DNA from: Mayamaea pseudoterrestris
Lineage: Eukaryota
Assembly (NCBI GenBank): GCA_027923505.1
Contig: BROI01000002.1
Span: forward strand, 2,418,001 to 2,482,000
Direction: 5' to 3'
Length of the DNA: 64,000 nucleotides
Position 1 is the first letter of the stretch. Every line of letters starts with the position of its first letter. Position numbers and translations under genes: made by a program. Below, in pieces: positions 1 to 11,800 of this stretch. The notes beneath the pieces were generated by a model. The model searched no databases, was not told the DNA's origin, and saw only the letters and a list, made by a program, of their open reading frames with translations.

Positions 1-3000
1 ATTCTGGACCTGTCAAACGCCCCATGCCTCCCATCCCGCCAAACATGTCCAGGGTATGCCATTGACGGGTGCATAGTTTCAATGGTGCAAAAAGGACTGC
101 CTGGAGGCTGACACCATGGGTACGGCCTCACTGTGGGTATCCAACACCACAAGTTGTCGATTCTGTTTAAACGCCCCATGCCCTGGCCACCCAAATACCC
201 AATGAGTCAGGCCAAACATGTCCAGGGTATGCCATTGATCAAGTGCTTAGTCTCAAATGGTGCAAAAAGGACTGCCTGGAGGCCTGACACCATCGGCAAA
301 AGGGTTCCCACAATTTGTGATTCACCTACCCCCATCCCTGCCACCCAAACCCCAATGAGTCGGCCAAACATGTCCAGGGTGCCATTGACAGGTGAGGGCA
401 GAGTCTCAAATGGTACAAAAACGACTGCCTGGAGGCTCACCATGGTTTGTGCCCTCCGCGGTGGGTATGGCCAACACCACAAATGCCCCATGCCCAACAA
501 AACATTGAGTCCGGCAAAACATGTCCAGGGTGTGCCATTGACATGAGGATGGTTGAAATGGTGCAAAACGGATCTGGAGTGCCAACACCATCTGCAACAT
601 GGGGTGTGGGCCAACACCCAAATTATGGAATCATACAACAATGCCCGGTCCCCTGATCACCAACAACCCAATGAGTCCAGCAAAACATGTCCAGGGTGTG
701 CCATTGATAGGATGGTCTGACATGGTACAAAACGGACTGCTCGAGGTTCCAGAGAATGGTCTACAAGATGGGTGTGGCCAACACCCCCAATTATGGAATC
801 ATACCACTACAATGCCACATGCCCTAGCCACACAACAACCCAATGAGTCAGGCAAAACATGTCCAGGGTGTGCCATTGACATGAGGATGGGCTGAAATGG
901 TGCAAAACGGACTGCCTGGAGGCCTACACCATCTGCAAAATGGGTGTGGCCAACACCCCAAATTAAGAAATCATACCACTACAATGCGTCCCCGATCACC
1001 AACAACAATGAGTCATGCAAAAAGGTCTGAAGAGGATGGTCTAATGGACAAAAGATGCTGAGGCCTACAGATGGAATGGTCTACAAGATGGGTGTGGCCA
1101 ACACCCCAAATCAAGGAATCAACCACACAATGCCCCATGCCATGGCCACCCAACAACCCAATGAGTCAGGCAAAACATGTCGGGTGTGCCATTATGAGGA
1201 TGGGACAAAAGGATGTCCGAGGCTACACCACTGCAAAGTGGCCAAACCCCAAATAATGGAACATACCACACAGCCGAGCACCAACAACCAATGAGTCATG
1301 CAAAACATGTCCGGTGTGCATAAGAGGTTACTGGACAAAACGAGAGGCCACAGCTGAATGGTTACAATTGGCCAACACCCCAAATTATGGAATCATACCA
1401 CTACAATGCCATGCCCTGGCCACCCAACAACCCAATGAGTCAGGCAAAACATGTCCCGGTGTGCATTGACACGGATGGGCTGACCTGGTGCAAAACGGAG
1501 CTGAGGCCTCACCTCTGCAATGGGTGTGGCCAACACCCAAATTATGGAATCATACCACTACAATGCCCGCCCTGATCACCCAAAACCCAATGAGTATGCA
1601 AAACATGTCCAGGGTGTGCATTGACATGAGGATGGTCTGACATGGCACAAAACGGACTGCCTGGAGGTACAGATGAAGTAAGGGTGTGGCAACACCCCAA
1701 ATTATGGAATATACCACTAAATGCCTATGCCCTGGCCACCAACAACCAATGAACAGGCAAAACATGTCCAGGGTGTGCATTGACATGAGGATGGGCTGAA
1801 TGGTGCAAAACGGACTGCCGGGAGGCCTACACCATCTGCAAAATGGGTGTGGCCAACACGGCAAATTATGGAATCATACCACTACAATGCCCCGTCTCCT
1901 GATCACCCAACAACCCAATGAGTCATGCAAAACATGTCCAGGGTGCCACAATAAGGATGGTCTGACATGGACAAAACGAGGGGGGCACAGATGGAATGGT
2001 CCACAAGAGGTGTGGCCAACACCCCAAATTATGGAATCATACCACTACAATGCCCATGCCCTGGCCACCCAACAACCCAATGAGTCCGGCAAAACATGTC
2101 CAGGGTGGCCATTGAAGAGGATGGGCTGAAATGGTGCAAAACGGACTGCCTGAGGCCTACACTATCTGCAAAATGGGTGTGGCCAACACCCAAATTATGG
2201 AATCATACCACAGCCCGCCGATCACCCAAAACAATGAGTCATGCAAAACATGTCCAGGGTGTGCCATTGACATGAGGATGGTCGGACATGGTACAAAACG
2301 GACTGCTGGAGGCTCAGATGGATGGCTACAAGATGGGTGTGGCCAACACCCCAAATTATGGAATCATACCACTCACAATGCCCCATGCTGGCCACCCAAC
2401 AACCAATGAGTCAGGCAAAACATGTCCAGGGTGTGCATGACATAATGGGTGAAAGTGCAAAAGGACTGGGAGGCCACACCTCTGCAAAATGGGTGTGGCC
2501 AACACCCCAAATTATGGAATCATACCACTACAATGCCCCGTCCCCTGATCACCCAACAACCCAATGAGTCATGCAAAACATGTCCAGGGTGTGCCATTGA
2601 CATGAGGATGGTCTGACATGGTACAAAACGGACTGCCTGGAGGCCTACAGCATGGAATGGTCTACAAGATGGGTGTGGCCAACACCCCAAATTGTGGAAT
2701 CATACCACTACAATGCCCCATGCCCTGGCCACCCAACAACCCAATGAGTCAGGCAAAACATGTCCAGGGTGTGCCATTGACATGAGGATGGGCTGAAATG
2801 GTGCAAAACGGACTGCCTGGAGGCCTACACCATCTGCAAAATGGGTGTGGCCAACACCCCAAATTATGGAATCATACCACTACAATGCCCCGTCCCCTGA
2901 TCACCCAACAACCCAATGAGTCATGCAAAACATGTCCAGGGTGTGCCATTGACATGAGGATGGTCTGACATGGTACAAAACGGACTGCCTGGAGGCCTAC

Positions 3001-3900
3001 AGCATGGAATGGTCTACAAGATGGGTGTGGCCAACACCCCCAAATTGTGGAATCATACCACTACAATGCCCCATGCCCTGGCCACCCAACAACCCAATGA
3101 GTCAGGCAAAACATGTCCAGGGTGTGCCATTGACATGAGGATGGGCTGAAATGGTGCAAAACGGACTGCCTGGAGGCCTACACCATCTGCAAAATGGGTG
3201 TGGCCAACACCCCAAATTATGGAATCATACCACTACAATGCCCCGTCCCCTGATCACCCAACAACCCAATGAGTCATGCAAAACATGTCCAGGGTGTGCC
3301 ATAGACATGAGGATGGTCTGACATGGTACAAAACGGACTGCCTGAGGCCAACAGCATGGAATGGTCTACAAGATGGGTGTGGCCAACACCCCAAATTATG
3401 GAATCATACCACTACAATGCCCCATGCCCTGGCCACCCAACAACCCAATGAGTCAGGCAAAACATGTCCAGGGTGTGCCATTGACATGAGGATGGGCTGA
3501 AATGGTGCAAAACGGACTGCCTGGAGGCCTACACCATCTGCAAAATGGGTGTGGCCAACACCGCAAATTATGGAATCATACCACTACAATGCCCCGTCCC
3601 TTGATCACCCAACAACCCAATGAGTCATGCAAAACATTTCCAGGGTGTGCCATGGACTTGAGGTTGGTCTGACATGGTAAAAAACGGACTGCCTGAGGCC
3701 TACAGCATGGAATGGTCTACAAGATGGGTGTGGCCAACACCCCAAATTATGGAATCATACCACTACAATGCCCCATGCCCTGGCCACCAACAACCCAATG
3801 AGTCAGGTAAAACATGTCCAGGGTGTGCCATTGACATGAGGATGGGCTGAAATGGTGCAAAACGGACTGCCGGAGGCCTGGCTAATTATCTGCAAAATGG
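1..3900. repeat. Tandem satellite 1: alternating ~180-bp (A) and 172-bp (B) monomers forming a ~352-bp dimer; runs off the window start
   Basis: TGTCCAGGGTGTGCCAT starts at 2581, 2761, 2933, 3114 and 3286 (spacings 180, 172, 181, 172). A carries CAGCATGGAATGGTCTACAAGATG; B carries CACCATCTGCAAAATG. Region 1-540 holds more diverged monomers and 540-2560 is indel-rich. Confidence 0.95.
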
Positions 3901-4398
3901 GGGATCGCCAATGGTAGTAAGAGCGCTCTGGGGCAAAGGCGCAGGGAGCTCCATTTGCCAGAGTCCAGTGGCCGGACACCGAGCGCCACTCAGGATGAGC
4001 TCTTCTTGATAATGCACGAGGACTCGTTCCTTGTCAAGGGAAACGAGGCAGCCTGCATCACAAAGTGTGCCAAGGGATAGTAGTGAGTGAGTTGATAAAG
4101 CAGGAACAATATGAGCTTTAGTGGCCGACTCGGGCAGGCCGGGGATGTTGAGCGTTGCCTCATGAGTTGAATGCATGAGGGTGCCGTTGGGAGTTTGAAT
4201 TGCAAGGGGGTGTGTCGTTGCAATCTTGTTTAAGATGGGAGCGCTAACGGTGACAAAGTGGGCAGAGGCGCCACTGTCAGCTATGAGGGTAAAAGTAGGA
4301 TTGGCGGGAGGACCAGTGATAGAGGATAACGAAAAACAAGTACTATAAGCATGTGACATGTTGCTATAGGTGTTATCAATCACTGGCGTCCCTCCATC
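3901..4398 (-). pseudogene. pol: Truncated pol (aspartic protease region), in frame with gag after a single TGA
   Basis: LIADSGASAHF protease motif, SLLSLGTLCDAGC and ATGLWQMEL; cut at the satellite junction. Confidence 0.8.
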
Positions 4399-5544
4399 TC
4401 AGCTGCGAGGGTTGGCCGGGTTGCGGGGACTCATCTCGGTAAGGGTGCCACCCATGGTATTGTCAGCAGTCGCCGTGCTGACATGGTTGGGACCAGGATT
4501 CTGGCAAGTAGCGCTAGTGTGGCGGTAGTTGAGGCCGAAGCCATGCGTGTGGCAATAGTGGCGGGCGTGTGGTGAAGCGATGGGCGCTGGCGTAGGCGTG
4601 ATAGCTGGAGCAGGCGTGGTGGTTGTCGCAGGGGTGACATGAGTAGGTGCGGCCGTGGTACCGTTGCGAAGAGCTGCAAGATCACGCTGATGCTGCCCAT
4701 TTTGACGACGGAGATGGGTAAGTTCAGCTTCAGCTGCAGCTAGAGCGGCAATATGCGTGTGGTCTTGGTAGCCAGCGGCACCGGCAGTTTGTTTTTCGCG
4801 GCGGGTCTTGTTGGCCTCGTTGAAACGGGCCATGAGAATGGCGAGCGTGCGCATGGGCACAGGGAATTCGTGTTCAAATCGTGCAACAGCTTCGTTGAAG
4901 ACACCACTGTTTTCGAGGACGGTAAGTGTGTAGCGGACGATGGTTCTTTCACTGAGGGTTTCGCCGGCTGCGGTGGTAAAATCGGTGACTTCAGTGATGC
5001 GACTCCAAATTGTTTCGATGGGTTCGTTGGGATCCCAGGGGGTATGGAGGCGCTGAATGTTTGCATCTTGTTTGGGACCCGTGATGTTGGCGTAGGTAAG
5101 TAACAAATGCGTGAGCAGTTGAAGGGTAGTGATGGTGGCGTAGTTGTGAAGGGCGTGCTTCAAAACCGAGTAGTACGTTTCAGGGACGGCGGCCATGATG
5201 AGCGACTTGAGTGCTACGTCAGCAAGGCGCATCGTGTTGAAATCATTAAGCGCATCTTTGTACTTGCGGTTGCGTTCAGTAAGGGCGTTGGTAGGCATGT
5301 CGTCATCAGCATCAGCAAGAGCGGCTGGCTGAGCAGGCATGACGAAAGGAGTGTCGGGGTGACGGTAGGCGTATTGAGCAGGTTGGAGGCAAAGGAAATC
5401 GTGACCGAAAGTTTCGTCGCCATTACGGAGAGGGATCTTGCGGGCTTGTTCACAGAGAGCGTTGTTGAGTAGGAGCAGATTAGCGTAGCAGGGTTCAGTG
5501 GTGAGTGCGGGCAAGGGCGTCAACTCAGGAAGTTTGATCAACAT
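4399..5544 (-). CDS. gag: Retrotransposon Gag (element 1)
   Basis: Part of the 415-aa ORF, first ATG at 5544. Contains WDPNEPIETIWSRI, a Pro/Thr-rich linker and a C-x2-H-x7-H-x4-C knuckle (YCHTHG...HTSATC). Confidence 0.8.
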   Translation of the reverse strand: MLIKLPELTPLPALTTEPCYANLLLLNNALCEQARKIPLRNGDETFGHDFLCLQPAQYAYRHPDTPFVMPAQPAALADADDDMPTNALTERNRKYKDALNDFNTMRLADVALKSLIMAAVPETYYSVLKHALHNYATITTLQLLTHLLLTYANITGPKQDANIQRLHTPWDPNEPIETIWSRITEVTDFTTAAGETLSERTIVRYTLTVLENSGVFNEAVARFEHEFPVPMRTLAILMARFNEANKTRREKQTAGAAGYQDHTHIAALAAAEAELTHLRRQNGQHQRDLAALRNGTTAAPTHVTPATTTTPAPAITPTPAPIASPHARHYCHTHGFGLNYRHTSATCQNPGPNHVSTATADNTMGGTLTEMSPRNPANPRS

Positions 5545-5676
5545 CGTGAGAAGCTTTGGAGGCACGGAGCAGGGAAGATGAGTAAGCAAGAAGAAGGGTG
5601 GGTGGAACAATTCTGTTGAAGGGCCGCAAGGTACTACAGCGGACACTCGAAGCAGACTAGTTCAATAACGTTGAAT

Positions 5677-5807
5677 TGTTACATTAATGAGATCATGGCG
5701 GTAAGCGCCAGGAGACTCTTGCTAATCGAGTGGCTGAGCACAGCGATGGAATGGATGGTGGACAGAATAGGATATTAATGAGTCATGGCGAGTGCGTATT
5801 CATAACA
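5677..5807 (-). repeat. Putative 5' LTR of the CoDi I-like element (~131 bp)
   Basis: TGTTA...TAACA terminal inverted repeat on the minus strand. The inner boundary is uncertain because no second LTR is available for comparison. Confidence 0.5.
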
Positions 5808-8800
5808 TTTTGGGCACCTACAGGGCTTGCTGTAGGGGCGTTTGAATGTCACGGCATCTGCGGGCAGAGACTGGTGACAAGTTGTCACCAAATACATTGA
5901 CATCACCTGAGACACCAGCCAAGCCTACCATCTTGTAGCGCAGCCTGAAAAATGATGTTGGAACCATTCTGGTGTATTTTGGGCACCCACAGGGCTTCCT
6001 GTAGGGGCGTTTGAGTGTCACGGCATCTGCGGGCTGAGACTGGTGACAAGTTGTCACCAAATACATTTCCATCCCCTGAGACACCAGCCAAGCCTACCAT
6101 CTTGTAGCGCAGCCTGAATAATGATGTTGGCACCATTCTGGTGTATTTTGGGCACCCACAGGGCTTGCTTTAGGGGCGTTTGAATGTCACGGCATCTGCA
6201 GGCTGAGACTGGTGACAAGTTGTCACCAAATACATTTCCATAACCTGAGACACCAGCCAAGCCTACCATCTTGTAGCGCAGCCTGAATAATGATGTTGGC
6301 ACCATTCTGGTGTATTTTGGGCACCTACAGGGCCTCCTGTAGGGTTGTTTGAATGTCACGGCATCTGCGGGCAGAGACTGGTGACAAGTTGTCACCAAAT
6401 ACATTGCCATCCCCTGAGACACCAGCCAAGCCTACCATCTCGTAGCGCAGCCTGAAAAATGATGTTGGAACCATTCTGGTGTAATTTGAGCACCCACAGG
6501 GCTTCCTGTAGGGGCGTTTGAATGTCACGGCATCTGCAGGCTGAGACTGGTGACAAGTTGTCACCAAATACATTGCCATCCCCTGAGACACCAGCCAAGC
6601 CTACCATCTTGTCGCGCAGCCTGAATAATGATGTTGGCACCATTCTGGTGTATTTTGGGCACCTACAGGGCTTGCTGTAGGGGCGTTTGAATGTCACGGC
6701 ATCTGCGGGCAGAGACTGGTGACAAGTTGTCACCAAATACATTGCCATCCCCTGAGACACCAGCCAAGCCTACCATCTTGTAGCGCAGCCTGAATAATGA
6801 TGTTGGCACCATTCTGGTGTAATTTGGGAATTTACAGGGCTTGCTGTAGGTGCGTTTGAATGTTACGGCATCTGCGGGCTGAGACTGGTGACAAGTTGTC
6901 ACCAAATACATTGCCATCCCCTGAGACACCAGCCAAGCCTACCATCCTGTAGCGCAGCCTGCAAAAGGATGTTGGCACCATTCTGGTGTATTTTGGGCAC
7001 CTACAGGGCTTGCTGTAGGGGCGTTTGAATGTCATGGCATCTGCGGGCAGAGACTGGTGACAAGTTGTCACCAAATACATTGTCATCCCCTGACACACCC
7101 TCCAAGCCTACCATCTTGTAGCGCAGCCTGAATAATGATGTTGGCACCATTCTGGTGTATTTTGGGCACCTACAGGGCTTGCTGTAGGGGCGTTTGAATG
7201 TCACGGCATCTGCGGGCAGAGACTGGTGACAAGTTGTCACCAAATACATTGCCATCCCCTGAGACACCAGCCAAGCCTACCATCTTGTAGCGCAGCCTGA
7301 ATAATGATGTTGGCACCATTCTGGTGTATTTTGGGCACCTACAGGGCTTGCTGTAGGGGCATTTGAATGTCACGGCATCTGCGGGCTGAGACTGGTGACA
7401 AGTTGTCACCAAATACATTGCCATCCCCTGAGACACCAGCCAAGCCTACCATCTCGTAGCGCAGCCTGAATAATGATGTTGGCACCATTCTGGTGTATTT
7501 TGGGCACCTACAGGGCTTCCTGTAGGGTTGTTTGAATGTCATGGCATCTGCGGGCAGATGCTGGTGACAAGTTGTCACCAAATACATTGCCATCCCCCGA
7601 GACACCAGCCAAGCCTACCATCTTGTCGCGCAGCCTGAATAATGATGTTGGCACCATTCTGGTGTATTTTGGGCACCTACAGGGCTTCCTGTAGGGGCGT
7701 TTGAATGTCACGGCATCTGCGGGCAGAGACTGGTGACAAGTTGTCACCAAATACATTGACATCACCTGAGACACCAGCCAAGCCAACCATCTTGTAGCGC
7801 AGCCTGAATAATGATGTTGGAACCATTCTGGTGTATTTTGGGCACCCACAGGGCTTCCTGTAGGGGCGTTTGAGTGTCACGGCATCTGCGGGCTGAGACT
7901 GGTGACAAGTTGTCACCAAATACATTTCCATCCCCTGAGACACCAGCCAAGCCTACCATCTTGTAGCGCAGCCTGAATAATGATGTTGGCACCATTCTGG
8001 TGTATTTTGGGCACCCACAGGGCTTCCTGTAGGGGCGTTTGAATGTCACGGCATCTGCAGGCTGAGACTGGTGACAAGTTGTCACCAAATACATTTCCAT
8101 AACCTGAGACACCAGCCAAGCCTACCATCTTGTAGCGCAGCCTGAATAATGATGTTGGCACCATTCTGGTGTATTTTGGGCACCTACAGGGCCTCCTGTA
8201 GGGTTGTTTGAATGTCACGGCATCTGCGGGCAGAGACTGGTGACAAGTTGTCACCAAATACATTGACATCACCTGAGACACCAGCCAAGCCTACCATCTT
8301 GTAGCGCAGCCTGAATAATGATGTTGGAACCATTCTGGTGTATTTTGGGCACCCACAGGGCTTCCTGTAGGGGCGTTTGAGTGTCACGGCATCTGCGGGC
8401 TGAGACTGGTGACAAGTTGTCACCAAATACATTTCCATCCCCTGAGACACCAGCCAAGCCTACCATCTTGTAGCGCAGCCTGAATAATGATGTTGGCACC
8501 ATTCTGGTGTATTTTGGGCACCCACAGGGCTTCCTGTAGGGGCGTTTGAATGTCACGGCATCTGCAGGCTGAGACTGGTGACAAGTTGTCACCAAATACA
8601 TTGCCATAACCTGAGACACCAGCCAAGCCTACCATCTTGTAGCGCAGCCTGAATAATGATGTTGGCACCATTCTGGTGTATTTTGGGCACCTACAGGGCC
8701 TCCTGTAGGGTTGTTTGAATGTCACGGCATCTGCGGGCAGAGACTGGTGACAAGTTGTCACCAAATACATTGCCATCCCCTGAGACACCAGCCAAGCCTA

Positions 8801-11800
8801 CCATCTCGTAGCGCAGCCTGAAAAATGATGTTGGAACCATTCTGGTGTAATTTGGGCACCCACAGGGCTTCCTGTAGGGGCGTTTGAATGTCACGGCATC
8901 TGCAGGCTGAGACTGGTGACAAGTTGTCACCAAATACATTGCCATCCCCTGAGACACCAGCCAAGCCTACCATCTTGTAGCGCAGCCTGAATAATGATGT
9001 TGGCACCATTCTGGTGTTTTTTAGGCAACCACAGGGCTTGCTGTAGGGGCGTTTGAGTGTCACGGCATCTGCGGGCAGAGACTGGTGACAAGTTGTCACC
9101 AAATACATTGCCATCCCCGGAGACACCAGCCAAGCCTACCATCTTGTAGCGCAGCCTGAATAATGATGTTGGCACCATTCTGGTGTAATTTGGGAATTTA
9201 CAGGGCTTGCTGTAGGGGCGTTTGAATGTCACGGCATCTGCGGGCTGAGACTGGTGACAAGTTGTCACCAAATACATTGCCACCCCCTGAGACACCAGCC
9301 AAGCCTACCATCTTGTAGCTCAGCCAGAATAATGATGTTGGCACCATTCTGGTGTATTTTGGGCACCTACAGGGCTTGCTTTAGGGGCGTTTGAATTTCA
9401 GGCATCTGCGGGCTGAGTCTGGTGACAAATTGTCACCAAATACATTGCCATCCCCTGAGACACCAGCCAAGCCTACCATCTTGTAGCGCAGCCTGAATAA
9501 TGATGTTGGCACCATTTTGGTGTATTTTGGGCACCCACAGGGCTTGCTGTAGGGGCGTTTGAATGTCACGGCATCTGCGGGCTGAGTCTGGTGACAAGTT
9601 GTCACCAAATACATTGCCATCCCCTGTGACACCAGCCAAGCCTACCATCTTGTAGCGCAGCCTGAATAATGATGTTGACACCATTCTGGTGTATTTTGGG
9701 CGCCCACAGGGCTTGCTGTAGGGGCAATTGATTGTCACGGCATCTGCAGGCTGAGACTGGTGACAAGCTTGCCATCCCCTGAGACACCAGCCAAGCCTAC
9801 CATCTTGTACCGCAGCCTGAATAATGATGTTGGCACCATTCTGGTGTAATTTAGGCACCTACAGGGCTTGCTGTAAGGGCATTTGAAGGTCATGGCATCT
9901 GCGGGCTGAGACTGGTGACACGTTGTCACCAAATACATTGCCATCCCCTGAGACACCAGCCAAGCCTACCAGTTGATAGCGCAGCCTGAAAATGATGTTG
10001 GCACCATTCTGGTGAAATTAGGGCACCTACAGGGCTTGCTGTAGGGGCGTTTGAATGTCACGGCATCTGCGGGCAGAGACTGGTGACAAGTTGTCACCAA
10101 ATACATTGCCATCACCTGAGACACCAGCCAAGCCTACCATCTTGTAGCGCAGCCTGAAGAATGATGTTGGAACCATTCTGGTGTATTTTGGGCACCCACA
10201 GGGCTTCCTGTAGGGGCGTTTGAATGTCACGGCATCTGCGGGCTGAGACTGGTGACAAGTTGTCACCAAATACATTGCCATCCCCTGAGACACCAGCCAA
10301 GCCTACCATCTTGTAGCGCAGCCTGAATAATGATGTTGGCACCATTCTGGTGTATTTTGGGCACCTACAGGGCTTGCTGTAGGGGCGTTTGAATGTCACG
10401 GCATCTGCGGGCTGAGACTGGTGACAAGTTGTCACCAAATACATTGCCATCCCCTGAGACACCAGCCAAGCCTACCATCTTGTAGCGCAGCCTGTATAAT
10501 GATGTTGGCACATTCAGATTTGGGCACCAGGGCGTTTGAATGTCACGGCATCTGCGGGCAGAGACTGGTGACAAGTTGTCACCAAATACATTGCCATCCC
10601 CTGAGACACCAGCCAAGCCTACCAACTTGTAGCGCAGCCTGAGAAATGATGTTGGAACCATTCTGGTGTATTTTGGGCACCCACAGGGCTTCCTGTAGGG
10701 GCGTTTGAATGTCACGGCATCTGCAGGCTGAGACTGGTGACAAGTTGTCACCAAATACATTGCCATCCCCTGAGACACCAGCCAAGCCTACCATCTTGTA
10801 GCGCAGCCTGAAAAATGATGTTGGAACCATTCTGGTGTACTTTGGGCACCCACAGGGCTTCCTATAGGGGCGTTTGAATGTCACGGCATCTGCGGGCAGA
10901 GACTGGTGACAAGTTGTCACCAAATACATTGCCATCCCCTGAGACACCAGCCAAGCCTACCATCTTGTAGCGCAGCCTGAATAATGATGTTGGCACCATT
11001 CTGGTGTATTTTGGGCACCTACAGGGCTTCCTGTAGGGTTGTTTGAATGTCATGGCATCTGCGGGCAGATGCTGGTGACAAGTTGTCACCAAATACATTG
11101 CCATCCCCCGAGACACCAGCCAAGCCTACCATCTTGTCGCGCAGCCTGCATAATGATGTTGGAACCATTCTGGTGTATTTTGGGCACCCACAGGGCTTCC
11201 TGTAGGGGCGTTTGAATGTCATGGCATCTGCAGGCTGAGTCTGGTGACAAGTTGTCACCAAATACATTGCCATCCCCTGAGACACCAGCCAAGCCTACCA
11301 TCTTGTAGCGCAGCCTGCATAATGATGTTGGAACCATTCTGGTGTATTTTGGGCACCCACAGGGCTTCCTGTAGGGGCGTTTGAATGTCATGGCATCTGC
11401 AGGCTGAGTCTGGTGACAAGTTGTCACCAAATACATTGCCATCCCCTGAGACACCAGCCAAGCCTACCAACTTGTAGCGCAGCCTGAATAATGATGTTGG
11501 AACCATTCTGGTGTATTTTGGGCACCCACAGGGCTTCCTGTAGGGGCGTTTGAATGTCACGGCATCTGCGGGCTGAGACTGGTGACAAGTTGTCACCAAA
11601 TACATTGCCATCCCCTGAGACACCAGCCAAGCCTACCATCTTGTAGCGCAGCCTGAATAATGATGTTGGCACCATTCTGGTGTATTTTGGGCACCTACAG
11701 GGCTTCCTATAGGGGCGTTTGAATGTCACGGCATCTGCGGGCAGAGACTGGTGACAAGTTGTCACCAAATACATTGCCATCCCCTGAGACACCAGCCAAG

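Larger units (their letters stand above)
3901..5807 (-). mobile_element. Ty1/copia LTR retrotransposon (CoDi I-like), 5' part only: LTR, gag, protease, start of GAG-pre-integrase
   Basis: Minus strand starts TGTTATG at 5807, exactly where satellite 2 stops. It continues with a gag ORF carrying the YCHTHG motif, then a protease motif IADSGASAHF and GLWQMEL. It ends abruptly in satellite 1 near 3900 with no integrase, RT or 3' LTR. Confidence 0.85.

Noticed and set aside
540..2560. Apparent ancient degeneration of satellite 1
   Set aside because: Differences are mostly scattered short deletions typical of low-coverage long-read consensus, so they cannot be taken as biological.
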